From positions 9,734,001-9,798,000 of the forward strand of contig NW_024704765.1 in the NCBI RefSeq assembly GCF_018977255.1: a stretch of 64,000 nucleotides of DNA. The letters are read 5' to 3'. Source of the stretch: Callorhinchus milii. Its lineage: Eukaryota. The notes under the pieces are model-generated. The model saw nothing but the letters and a program-made list of their open reading frames with translations. It was not told the DNA's origin and did no database searches. This document shows positions 13,030 through 25,709 of this stretch, one piece after another (the first letter of the stretch is position 1; every line of letters begins with the position of its first letter). Both the position numbers and the translations under genes were made by a program.

Positions 13030-13180
13030 TCGAGGAACGCGTTCGCCTCTCCGGCCTCGTGTCCTCTGGGAGGCGCCGTAGGGCCGAGTGTTGGCGGGAA
13101 AATACGAGCCGCGAGCGGGAAAGGTCATGGCGGCGGCGGCGGAGCGGGACAGGGCCGCGCACACCCAGGTACCGACCCGC
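13030..13180 (+). promoter_or_regulatory. CpG-island promoter of CENPS with an E2F-type site
   Basis: CpG-rich stretch; TTGGCGGGAAAA at 13091-13102 (E2F consensus) about 25 nt before the ATG, which fits a cell-cycle-regulated gene. Confidence 0.65.
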
Positions 13181-16100
13181 GCCCCCCCCCAACACACCCC
13201 AACACCCCCCCCTCACCCCAACACCCCCTCCTCACCCCCTCCTCAACACCCCCTCCCTCACCCCTCCCCAACACCCCTCAGCCTCACCCCCTCCCCAACA
13301 CCCCCTCCCTCACCCCAACACACCCCCTCCCCCCCCACACCCCCTCCCCCCCCACAACACCCCCCCAACACACCCCCTCCCCAACACCCCCTCCCTCACC
13401 CCAACACCCCCTCCCTCACACCCCCTCCCCCCCCAACACACCCCCTCCTCACCCCCTCCTCAACACTCCCTCCCTCACCGACAAACATCCCCCCTCACCC
13501 CCTCCCCCCCAACAACACCCCCTCAACACTCCCTCACCCCTCACCTCACCCCCTCCCGCAGGCCCCGCCTCTCAACTCATCACCGCCCCCTCCCTCCCCC
13601 TCAACACCCCCTCCCTCACCCCCTCAGTCCCCCCTCTCACCCCCTCCCTCACCCCTCACAATGGATGTTGGGGATTATTTTGTGGGCGTTGTTTTGCACT
13701 TCACAGTATATCCTGTGAAGCGCTTCGAGACGTCCCACAGCACATGATCAGGCGCTATGACAAACGCAAAGATTATTATTTATTGTGTATTATTATTATT
13801 ATTATTGTTATGCGCTCGGCCATATTTATGACGAGTAACAAGTAAAATAGGTTTGTTTATCAGGTCATTTCACAATTAGGATATTGCTGAAAACTTTTTA
13901 AACATTTGTTCCAGTTCTATTATTATTATTATTATTATTATTATTATCTCGCCAGCTGTCCATATTGCCCTCCAGCCTAAAACAAAACAATTTAAAAATA
14001 CTTAACGAAGAACAGAGCGGGTACATCATTCCTTAAGACTTGTTTGAATTGCATATTGATAATAATAATAATAATAATAATAATCCTTGCATTTGATGTA
14101 GCGCTTTTCACGTCGGGAGGACGTCCCAAAGCGCTTCACAGAACACACTGTAAAGTGAATTGACTGTATATTTGTGGGCGAACGCGGCAGCCAATTGCAC
14201 ACAGCAATGTCCCACAGACAGTCGTGGATTGAAAATGACCAATTTATTATTGTGTTTGGTTTTGGAGGATTATTATTAGGCTCTGTGTGGAGTAAGGAAA
14301 CTTGCCCAAGGTTTCGCCCTCTGCCGGGAATTGAACTCAGGTCTCTCACTCGCAAAGCGAGTGCTCTAACCACTGAGCTACAGGACTCCACTTATTTGCC
14401 AGTAAGGTTTTTGTCGTTGAGATGTCTCAAAGCGCTTCACAGAATATACTGTAAATTGGAGTGACTTGTGTATTTTGCGACTGCCAATTGCACACAGAAG
14501 CGCCACACAAACAGTCGTGGATTTAGTGACTTTTTTAAAGGGATTATTATTAACCTCAGAAAGCGATCTATCTGCCAATTGAAGAACAACTGGTTTCTAC
14601 TTACTGAATTACCAATTCAATGGCACAGCACACAACGCACTGGGAGCAAGTGTGTGACAAATGCAGGGCTCCTCAGGCTGGGGGAGAGGGAAATCCCACC
14701 AAGGTTCAGACCCCTCCCCCAAATATTTGTTTTCATTCTTTGGTGGTGATACAGTGTGGAAAGAACTAATTTTTTTAAGAAAAATATTTTATGCTTGAAG
14801 GTTAGAGGCAGATGGCACCTCAATTCAGTTTCCTTCAGTACTGTATTGGCTCAGTCACCAAGAAAGGCTATTTCCTGTCCTATTACTTTGGCTTTCTTTG
14901 TATGATTGATGCACAATAACAAACAACAAATTTGTATACATTTGTATAGTGCCTTTCACGTCGGGAAGCCGTCCCAAGGTACTGCAATAGATAACAGAAT
15001 TTTGCTGTTTTATGTTTTGGTTGCTATTATGTTTTCTTCTTTGAAACGTTTGAAAACTCGTTGCTAGTCTTTAAAGTATTTTTTTTTTAAAAAAATAGCT
15101 TGTTCTTACAGAGACTTCGAGCTGCAGTGCACTACACCGTTGGATGTCTTTGTCAAGAGGTTGGGGAAGACAAAGGAAAAGAGTTCAACAAACAAACCAT
15201 TGCAGCCATAGCAGAAACAACCTTCCGACAGTGTGGTATGAATATCACTTTCTTATCCAGTTGTTCACTTTAGGTATTTCAGGTGTTTGTATAGAAAAAC
15301 ATTAGGTCTTTAACTGCACCATTTACTTTTTCTCTCCGTTTAGGTTTTCTTGTGTCATGCATTCAATGTTCCTTGGCAAGCAGGAAGTCAGATGATTTTC
15401 CAAAGACTCTGTTATGGTTTCTATCATGAACCAGCTGCTGAGAATTATGCTGTTACTATCAATCAATTCCCCTAACTTTCAATTAGGTGCCTTGTAAATT
15501 TGCCCGGTGAAACAGCTAGTGCCATACTGATCCTCTCTGTCTATCCACTATTGATGCACTGATGTTCTTTTGGGGATTGTTTTTTTCCTCATTGCTCCAT
15601 TTTATTTTGAATATTTGCTTGCCAATGAGAAGTAATGTAACAGGTTATTTGTGTGGGAGGGCAAAGATAGCAGTGACCATCCCGAGTTCCCTGGCAGAGC
15701 AAAGGAACTGTTTCAACAAATAATTTTATTTTATTTTGTCTAAAATATATCAACATATGTTCAAATAAGTTGTAGTTTATTTGTTTTGCTGAAAGGTTAT
15801 GGGTCTTACAACTGGGATTGAACAATTTGTAATGATTGTATGTTATTTAAGAACAGACTGGAATTATTAATACTGATGTTTCATACCGGTTCAAGGAATC
15901 AGTTGATCCTGAATTTTGTACAATTTTACTAACCATCCATGCCATACTTGTACCCAGCAGTATGGTCCAAAGGTAAAATGAACAACTTTGTCTCAGAATA
16001 TCTCCTTAAAACAAGTATGGCATATCGTCAAATTTAACAAAAATAAGGTCACTGTAACATTGCCTTAAAAATGCTAACTAAAAGGTTGTTTAAATGAGGG

Positions 16101-19100
16101 TAGTGATGTTATCAAAGGTCCTTGAGGGGAAATATGATGCAAGGAAACTGATAAAATCATTTCTGTTTCTTGGATATTGTTTTAAGAAACAGTGAAATAA
16201 TCAGTATTTCTTAAATACATTTTTTTAGTGAATTTTCTTGCAACAGATAGTTTAATATTGTATCACTTCCAAATATCAAATGCAAGGATTATTATTATTA
16301 TGATTTGAAGTTGTACAGGTTACATCCACACATTTAGTTGGGCAGAGGAGTCATGCCAATTTGAAAAAGTGAAATAAAAAACTGACTTGGACTGCCTAGT
16401 GAGGCACTCTTGTACTTTCAGATAACTGTTCATCTAGATTTCAAAATGAATCACAAATTAACTTTTTGCTTTAGACCATAATTCAATACTTTAACTTGAA
16501 ATAAAGAATTATTTCACAGAAGGGATAGATAGTGCAATGTGCAGATCTCCATCTCATCGCATTTCAGGAAGTGATAAAATCTTTATGCTAAACAGCGAGA
16601 TAATGTTGCATTTTTGGTCATAAAGTGGTTTTAAAATGCAATTGGTAAAATAAAAGTTTTCACTGCTTTTTCAAAACAATTAGATCAATTTTGTTAGAAT
16701 TGAAAAAGATTTTTGAATACCATTGATTTTTCTCACATCTCACTCTATCCTGAATAATGATGAAACAGTAAATATCATCTTCATTTTTTACAGTAATTCC
16801 AACAAAAATAAATAATTTTATAAAAGTGATGAGTTAAATTCTATCATCAAAATGGAGTATGGTGTTCTTTTCTTCAAAACTAACCCTGTAGATTTGATTG
16901 TTTATCGTACATTAGGCTGTGTGTGTATCTGAAAAACAATTGACATCTTGAATACCTTGCCAAGATATGTTAGCTTCATATGTCTTCTTTGCTATTTTCA
17001 ATAAATTAATTGCATTTATTAAAGTGCAGATTGCTTGCTAAAACATTGTGAAAATAATTTAGAACAAACTACCACTACAGCTTTGGACACAAGAACACAC
17101 AGAAGGTTTCAAAAAGGAACTAGACAAGTTCCTGTTAGTTATAAGGATTCTGGGCTATTAGAAGTGGAAATAGGGGCAGGGGGTTCTAAGGTGAGATATT
17201 GACACTGGATATGTTGTGTTAATTGCAACTTTTGGTTCTGAGATTTAAGAAAATTCAACTTTTGAGTCCTGGAATGCGTCGAGATACTTGGCTTTCCAGA
17301 CTGAAAAAATCTCCCAAATGAAACTTCAGGTCCTATCTCTCAAACCGTTTCCAATTTGTCTCCGCCAATAGTTTCTCTTCCAGCCCCCGCGTAATTATCT
17401 TTTGTTAACGACTTCCAGGTAATCCTGACAAAACCTAGCATAATCAGAGACGGTGTTTTACGTATCTGGGAACATCTTGTAGGAAGGAAAGAAATAATGG
17501 AGAATAATTCTACTCTGGTTTTGCCCAAGTTATTATAACGAAAAATAAATTGTTAATTTTCTTGGCCTCCACCACCCTTTCTATCTAGTGACAGCTGTTA
17601 ATGCCCCTCTGTAAATTTAGGGATTATCACTATTTCTGTGTTACATAAGAACATAAGAATTTGCTCGGCAAAAGAAGACCAAGGTCCATTGAGTTCACCT
17701 TCCACCATCCAGGGAGTCGCTTGACATGTCATAAGGGGTTAAGTTTTTTTTGCTGTGAGTACATTTTTTTATTACCACCTTTAATTTAGGTCAGTACTCA
17801 GAAATGAGCCTGCTATATTCTTAATCTGATAAGGATGATATGCATTGGTTGTGTTGACAGCTAACCATTTTGAAGTCGAGCCTTTGTAGCACCATTTGGT
17901 ATTTAAAGCCATTTCGTGTGAACGAAACCAGGAACAACTATTGTAAGTTGCCTAATTTTGGGCTGGGTTGGTGTAATTAGAGAACAACTTGGGTAAAGGC
18001 ATTTTCTTACTCTAAACTCCTCACTCATTTCTCTGAGGCAAACCCCCACCCCTACCCCCACCCCCACAAAATCATTACAGATTGATGACTTTTGTACATT
18101 TTGACTTTTGTTAAGGTTGCGTTTCTACAGGATGTTGGTGAGACCCACCCTCAGAGGTGTGCATCCTAAAATCTTCATGTGCGTAGTTCCATGGTTAGTC
18201 TGTTAGGTAATAAAACAATACTTATTTTCATCCACTTTTATCACCTCACACAGACCTCTAGCATGGGTTTGCAGAATTATCTAAAGTTATGTTCTGAAGT
18301 TACCATCTGTATTTAGGTCGGTAGTAATTTGTAACCAGGTGTAGGGCTGTGTGGAGTAATAACTCGTGACCACTGTTTATCTTTCCCCCTTTGCAATGAA
18401 CTCGCTGAGAATGGGAGAAATCGAGACATCAAGGTAGGCAGGTCACCTGATCCTGAGGTTCTCCTGATGTCCTGACTAACAGTCCTCCAGATAAATTATT
18501 CACTTCAAGACTACTTGTGGGACCTTGACGTATGCAAAGTAGCTGCTGTGTTCACCTGCAGATACACCCACAATAAATACACTTTGCAGCAGTTTCCTGT
18601 GAAGTGTTTCCCTGTGGAATGTCTCAAAACGTATTGCCTATAATGTTGAAAACCTTTTGAGACATTTTGGTGATGTATGCTATATCAAATGTAAGGATTA
18701 GTACATTATTATTTTAAACAGTGCAGAATGCATTAGGCTTGATTGTATTACTTTGCAAAACGTTCATTATTTTTACATTAGCAATGACTACCTTTAAATC
18801 AGAATCTTTAGGGCTAAATAGCATTGAGTTATCAGAAGTTGACTATATTGAAATTGATGCACATTTTCAGGAACCATATTCTGCAGTTGAATGATCTGGA
18901 TGGATGGAAAGATTTGCTGTGTAGTAAATTTTTCAGTGTCTCAACTTATTGTTTTACATTTTGTATTTCAGAAATTTTTGCACAGGATCTTGAACTATTT
19001 TCAAGGTGGGTAACACCAATTTTAATAAAAATATTGTTAAGCGTCATAACACCTCATGGAGACATACCCAAGTAATTAGCCTTATAATAATATTAATTTC

Positions 19101-21549
19101 TCTACTGATTTTTTATAGCTGATGTAAACCAGGACTAAAAATAATTCTCTCAGGACTAAGAATTTTTTCTTTCATGTAACGCAAGGATTATAATTTAACC
19201 GTCAAACTTTTTAAGCATTGAAGTTCATATGATTTTCAAGGGCAGTTGCTAAAAATGTGCAGGGTTCCAAATTCTCTTCAGTAGAGCAATTGCTGATCAG
19301 TATTTATTTTGTTTAGAAAATAATTAAGGCTGAGGAGGATTTTGTCTTTCTCACCCTTCTATATGCTGAGCAATTAATAGAAAGCACTTGCATGTTTGCA
19401 ATGTGCAGAATGTTGTTGGTGCTCAAGTTGTTTATTTTGTATTACACATAGATACGCCTGTTTAAAAAGGTGAATCATTGCTCAGTAAAAACAATCTTGT
19501 CAGTTGAGCTGCATTGTAACAAAAATATTTCATTTTCCTGTTATCTGAGATTACCGATTTAGTGTAAATGTGAATATTCTGAATAATTGGTCAATCGCTT
19601 CAAAGACCTGATGTTCGCAAACTATACCAAATGCAGGGATTAGTAAATAAGAAAATGAACATAATTTTCTTCCACAGTGGAATTTAGCATTTCAAGAACA
19701 TGTTTTAAAATATTTTCTAAGATTAATATTGATTTGCTGGGATTTCTTTCTGTAGACATGGAAAGCGAAGCACTGTTAATACTGAAGATGTGAAACTCCT
19801 GTCTAGAAGGAGCACAGCGTTGGTGAGATCTACATTTTTGTCCCCCATTTTATCTGTGTTTTTCCTTTTTAAAATAGCCTGCAGATTTACAGCACTCTTA
19901 ACACCATCTTCTTGTAAATGTAAGGCCCAAATCACCCAGAATTACACACAATATTCCAACTGTTCCCTTCCTACAATTACTCAGAGTTGAAATAAGTTGG
20001 TTCAACTGATAACCAACTATTTTCTAGATTCATCCCAATCTTGTTGAAAGCAACCTTATATCATATGGATACTTATGGTCTGTAGTCAGTAATTGAATCC
20101 CAATTGTTCTCCTTGTTTAACTGCCCCTAACAATGAGTATCTATTCATTGTGCATTCAATTTACACAACAGTGCTTATTAATGTTACACTTATTCACCTC
20201 AAGTTTCATCCTGCTTAATTATTCTAAATTTCTCTAAAGTGTATGTATTATAATAATAATAATAACCTTTGCATTTGATATAGTGCCTTAACACGTCGTT
20301 GAGACATCTCAAAGCGCTTAACATTTTCTGCAGCTGCCAGGTGTTAACTTCTGCCGCTCAACGAAGAATAATAGACTACTTCAACTTCCACTGCCTCACC
20401 CTCCCATTACGTAGTTTGTTGGGATTTTTAGTTGCTCTCTTTCCCTGTGCAGATCCGTTCCTTTCTTCAACAATAGTGCCACCATCTGTTGCAAAATTGC
20501 AATAAGTGGATCATGTGCAACCTTCTGGTGCAGTCCAGCTGGTCCAAAAGTATCAGATTGAGACATAATAATGCAGCAATCTGACAATGGTTGATAGTTT
20601 ATTAGGATTAATTTAGATTAATGAGAATTAAGAAACTATTTTCCAAGTAGATCTGTGGACAATTGGCTGCCGTGTTTCGCTCACAAAATATACAGTCAAT
20701 TCACTTTACAGTGTGTTCTGTGAAGCGCTTTGGGACGTCCTCCCGACGTGAAAAGCGCTATATCAAATGCAAGGATTATTATTATAATATGAAACTTATT
20801 AACTAAAGGGAATGCCACGGATTTAATATCCTACTTGGATTTCCCTAGGGGGTTGCTACCATTTATTAAGGCTATGACTTTAATTCTCTGGCTGTCTTCT
20901 ATTAAATCATTGTTAGAAAGTGTTGAGACGTCTCAGAGAAGACCTTATGGAGGGATATAAGAGGCAATAGAAAAAGTGAACCCAGAAGAATATTTTCAGA
21001 TGTATGAAGGCAGCAGGACTAGAATGCTCAGGTTTAATGATGTCTCCAATACATTTTTGTGATACGTTAAAACAATAAATATTAAAGCTTCAGAACATTA
21101 TACGAAGACTCCATTAAAATGGTAAAAGAAGTCTTTCAAGAGCCCACAGAGAGACTCGACCACCAGCAGGAAACTAAGAGAGACCAGGCTCCACTATCCC
21201 CACATTAGCAATGTGAGCTTAGTTTGGCCTAAGGTAACTGCAACTGGCAGTCATATATTCTTTATTTTGCCCACAAAATACACAAACAATTCACTTTACA
21301 ATGTATTCTGTGAAGCGCTTTGAGACGTCTCAGCGACTTGATAAGGCGCTATATCAATGCAAAGATTATTATAATTTATTTATATTTATTATTCTCTTTC
21401 AGCAAAAATTCATAACAAAGAAGTGTGATGACCTTGCATCCGATAATGTGGAGAAGAAGACATTGTTTACTGCAGGGAAAGGAAAGAAGAAATCTAATGT
21501 TCAGACTGAATCCACAGTAACTGAAAGTGACGACACTTGTATGGAGTAG
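13127..21549 (+). CDS. CENPS: Centromere protein S (CENP-S/MHF1/APITD1), histone-fold protein
   Basis: Exons 13127-13168 (MAAAAERDRAAHTQ), 15112-15235 (RLRAAVHYTVGCLCQEVGEDKGKEFNKQTIAAIAETTFRQC), 18972-19005 (EIFAQDLELFSR), 19756-19822 (HGKRSTVNTEDVKLLSRRSTAL), 21403-21549 (QKFITKKCDDLASDNVEKK..ME*). All introns are GT-AG and phases are consistent. Matches vertebrate CENP-S (RLKAAVHYTVG, HAKRTTINTEDVKLL). Confidence 0.96.
13180..13660. repeat. C-rich degenerate minisatellite (CCCAACACCCCCTCCCTCAC-like units) in CENPS intron 1
   Basis: Visible repeating C-runs separated by AACA/TCA; G almost absent on the + strand. Confidence 0.85.
14057..14391 (-). mobile_element. tRNA-derived SINE, young short subfamily
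   Basis: A-box TAGCTCAGTGG, B-box GAGTTCAATTCC, Deu-like core, tail GGGACGTCCTCCCGACGTGAAAAGCGCTA..(TAT)n; near-identical to 39325-39643. Confidence 0.88.
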
Positions 21550-24439
21550 CTCAGATGACGTGTTTTAGACCTAAGTCCGGAAATGAGGTCATTGAACAGT
21601 TTCCCATCAATCTTTGAACTGATTTTCTTTCATGAGTAAACAGCAGCTTGGAGAAAGTAATAATAATACTGATATAGCGCCTTATCACGTAGTTAAGACA
21701 TCTCAAAGCGCTTCACAAAATATATTATAAAGTGGTTAAATTGACTGCGATTTTGGTGGCGAAACGAGGCAGCCAATGGCGCACATCAGTGTGCCACAAA
21801 CAATCGTGGATTAAAGTAACCAACAAATAACACCTGAAATAATTAAACAGAATCCAGCTGAATTTGACTTCACTGCAAGAATTAAAAACAATTGAACCCA
21901 AGAAGAATATTTATCAAAGATTCACCCTGATGCCTTAGCTGTAATAATGCTATCTCTAAACTTTGATGTGTTGAAATTCTACTTGGCACTTGTAAAGAAA
22001 AGTTACTCGTCTTAAGTCCAACGAGAAATTACTTATTTTTTTCACATAATAATAATAATCCTTGCATTTGATATAGCGCTTTTCACGTCGGGAGGACATC
22101 CCAAAGCGCTTCACAGAACACACTGTAAAGTGAATTGACTGTATATTTGTGGGCGAACGCGGCAGCCAATTGCGCACAGCAATGTCCCACAAACAGTCGT
22201 AGACTGAAAATAACCAATTTATTATTGTTTTGTTTTTTGGAGGGATTATTGTGGTTGCTTGTGGTTGCCCTGTTGTCAGTTTAATTAGCTTATCTTGTAA
22301 AAAAGAAACAATGAGGTTTTGAATGAAGAAACAATTAACAATCCTGTTTGAGACTGAAATCTTCCGACTTGATATGACTTGTGTGAGGTTTTTTACTCTA
22401 TTCATACCCTTGCTGTTCAGTCTAAGTGTTATAACTTAATCGACCTTCTTGCAGTACTTAGATTTTTGTGCACACCTCACCTCATAATAGAAAGAAGCAC
22501 TTGTAATTTTATAGTACCTTAACATGTTGAAGTGGCTCAAAATGCTTTACGGTATTGAGTGTGCTGTAATGGAAATAATGATAATAGTACTTGCATTGCA
22601 CCTTATATGTCGTTGAGACGTCTCAAAGCAAGCGCTTCACAGACTATAATGTAAAGTGGATTGACTGTAGTTTGTGGTGAAAAGTATCAGAAATCCTGAT
22701 AACCGTCTACGACAGATGTATGAACACTATCAACCGAGCTGAATTAATACCCATTAATGTGGGCAAATCACTAACGAGGCCACTTTTTTTAGTCTTTTTG
22801 AAACTGATAGTAACCAAAGTCTCAAACTCAGCCTAAGGATAATTTGCCACTGTATAGGCAAAAGGAGCTCTAGTGAGAAAAGTTCACGTTTAGATATTGT
22901 TTGGAGGAATGTATTTAAAGTTCTAATAATAAAATTATGAAACAGCACCTCATGACATCGTACCGACAACTCAAAGCACTTCACAGAATTTTACCGTACA
23001 GTGTAGTCAATGTGTGTAGGCAAACGCGACAACCAGAACAAAACGATGTCCCACGAACAGCATGATGTCAATCTAGACTGAGTACAAAGTCCCAACATGG
23101 GGCTTGAACCCATGATCTTCTGACTCAGATGAGAACAGTTAGTGACATTTTGAAGACAATCTTGTGGTGAGGATGGCGTTTAACCCTTATTTCCTACTTG
23201 TCAGGAAAGAGTAAGTGTAAAACGCAAAGGTCAAATTCTTTTAATTTACGTAATGGTACTGATATGTCCCTTGTTAATGTCAGGGCTATTCAAGTGGAAC
23301 ATTAGGGCATATATCAGACCTTACACGTGACCCACAAACCAGACTATAAACAAGACCTGCTATTTCAATCTTTCCAGTTTCTTCAGCAAAATCGATACGG
23401 CCAATTGAGAAATTAAATAACTATAATTGATGTAGATCACCCAAATCACAACTGTTTGTGGGGCACTGTTGTGCGTAATTGGCTGCCTCGTTTTACCCAC
23501 AAAATGTACAGTATATTCTGTGAATCACTTTGAGACATCTTGAAGATGTGATAAGGTACTATATCAAATGCAAGGATTATTATTATATTGATATTGAGAC
23601 GTCTTCCCGATGTGAAAAGCACTATACGAATGTAATCTTCTTGTGGAAATGTTACAAAACTCAGAGCTGGCTAAATGTTTGTTCTACAGACAAATTCCCC
23701 ATGAAGAGTCCCAACATCCCATAAGCTGCTGAACCCTTATTTAGTAAACTGGAGGTCAATCATGTAATACTGTGGACCTTTCTGGCTCATGTATCAGATC
23801 GCCCAACGAGAGTCTATCAAAGAGAATTGTCTCAGCTCCACTAGTCATGTTAGATTGGTGTTGGCATCACCCCTTTCTCAGAGTTGTCCCATGACATCAA
23901 TTCTCTCCGCAAACTCAGGCTTCAGCCTCACTGATTCCTTATCAGTCTTTGAAAACAATGACTTTCTGAGTTGTGAAAATCTTATGTTCTGTAACAGGCA
24001 TTATTTCCTGTTAGGGTCATCAAGTGGTATTGCCAAGGGGAGCCACTTTTTTTAATAGATCAGATGACAGATTGGTTTAATGTCTCATTTGAAGGACAGA
24101 TGATTCATGGTAAGACGAAAAAGTTTCATTTCTTGTGGATTTCTAGAGCTGGAACAATTTCTACCTCCACTTTAATTCGTAGAAGTGTTTTTTGTGTGTT
24201 GGATATTATAGAAGATTGATGTTGAAAGCTCTATACAAAACACACAAAGACTGACTCATTCTAAATTGGAAAGCTCTTTTAATTATCAGTGTTCTAATCT
24301 TTGATGCAAATCGAAATTGGAAAATATAAAATAAATCAATTATGATCTTTCTAAATTAACATTTTTTTCCAGTTGTTGACTTTGTCATTTTTTTAATGTT
24401 CCAGTTAATGGTTCTCATTGTATATTAGTGTCTGATTAT

Positions 24440-24495
24440 AGCACTAATTTTGCACGTCAGCGAGTGCTATAATTGTGCTGCATTATAAAAGCAGG
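24440..24495 (+). promoter_or_regulatory. CORT/SS2 core promoter: CRE-like site plus TATA box
   Basis: CACGTCA (CRE half-site-like) at about 24453-24459 and TATAAAA at 24484-24490, about 95 nt upstream of the ATG. The layout resembles the somatostatin promoter. Confidence 0.6.
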
Positions 24496-24581
24496 ACAAT
24501 TAGAGTTTTCTCAGCAAAACAGGGAAAGAGTCAGTGAAAGCTCGACAGATCCATTGAAAAGAGAGAAAGTTTGAGTCCAGC

Positions 24582-25114
24582 ATGCAGTGGCAAGCATTCG
24601 CAAGTGTCGTGTGTCTGTTGTTCATTGTAACTGTTCAGGGAGTTGAACCACAGGAGGAACGAATGGGTCTGCAGCTGAACAGGGTGAGTAAAATAATAAT
24701 AATCCTTGCATTTGATATCGCGCATTATCACGTCGTTGATATGTCTCAACGCCCTTCACAGAATGTACTGTAAAGTGGTGACTATTTGGGGCCAAATTCG
24801 GCAGTCAGTTGCGCACAGCTGTGTCCCACCATCAGTCGTGGATTTAAACTCGCATGAATTTTACCAAAAAAAAAAAGTTTCTTCTCTCCATCCAACAGGA
24901 GATGGTAAAGGACAAGAAACGCCTGATTGCGAAGCTGCTGGCGGGATTGTTGGACGTGGATGACAATCTGTTAGAAAGTGTCATCGCCCCATTGGGTCTG
25001 AGCAAAGAAGAGGGGACTGATTTCGAGGAGAGATCAGCTGCCGGTGAAATCCCTCCCAGAAAACCGAAGGCAGGGTGCAAACTGTTCTTCTGGAAAACCT
25101 TCTCGCACTGTTAG
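24582..25114 (+). CDS. CORT: Somatostatin-family prepropeptide; cortistatin/somatostatin-2 orthologue by synteny
   Basis: Exon 24582-24683 (signal peptide MQWQAFASVVCLLFIVTVQG..), GT-AG intron, exon 24899-25114 ending ..EERSAAGEIPPRKPKAGCKLFFWKTFSHC*. Contains the C-x-x-FFWKTF-x-x-C ring. It lies between CENPS and DFFA, as CORT does. Confidence 0.93.
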
Positions 25115-25286
25115 TGGATTTGTCAAAGATAAACATTTTTTAAAAATCCAGTTTGTGTTTTCCTGTTGATATGTAAACACTTCCCCCCCCCCCACTGCCC
25201 CAATTCCCTGCACCCCCTCCTCTCCACTCCCCTCCCCCCCCCCCCCACCCCTTCCATACATCAAACGATTTGTAAATATTCACTGA

Positions 25287-25305
25287 AATAAAACTGGAAA
25301 ATAAA
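25287..25305 (+). terminator. Polyadenylation signals of CORT
   Basis: Two AATAAA hexamers about 170-190 nt after the stop codon. Confidence 0.55.
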
Positions 25306-25709
25306 TAGGTGGCTTTCTAAAAGGCGACGTAAAATGATTACATTTTAATAAATGGAAATTCTGCATTAGAATTCACAGTGTCTTGTGCGTTTTTTTAAAG
25401 GAAAAGAATCTGAATTATTCCCATGTTCCCCTTTAATCATCCGCTGCGCTAAAGAGATGCACAGGTCCCTGCTCAGCGCATCCCGCGGCAGTGAAGCTCA
25501 TATCTTAACTCATACCCACAGCCCACAACTTTCTGACTCAGAGGCAAGAGTGAAACCAACTGAGCCAGACTGACACCTGTGACTAATAGTAATTTCATTT
25601 CAGACATCTTATCACATCTTCAAAACATCTCAAAGCGATTCACACGATATACTGTAAAGCGCAGTGACTATTTTCAAGAGTGTTATTGTTGCATTTGGAA
25701 GGGTTGTGT

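Noticed and set aside
12939-13845. Long Pro/His/Thr-rich ORFs (259, 288 and 219 aa)
   Set aside because: They arise from the stop-free C-rich repeat in CENPS intron 1; only 13127-13168 is coding.
14310-14391. tRNA-like sequence (also at about 39570-39643, 43978-44045, 45697-45765 and 61521-61590)
   Set aside because: These are SINE heads fused to the Deu-like core and LINE tail, with no proper acceptor stem; not tRNA genes.
21956-22405. Recurrent ORFs with CLWDxAVRNWLP / SVKRFETS / YIKCKDYYY motifs across the window
   Set aside because: Translations of the same SINE, not a protein family.
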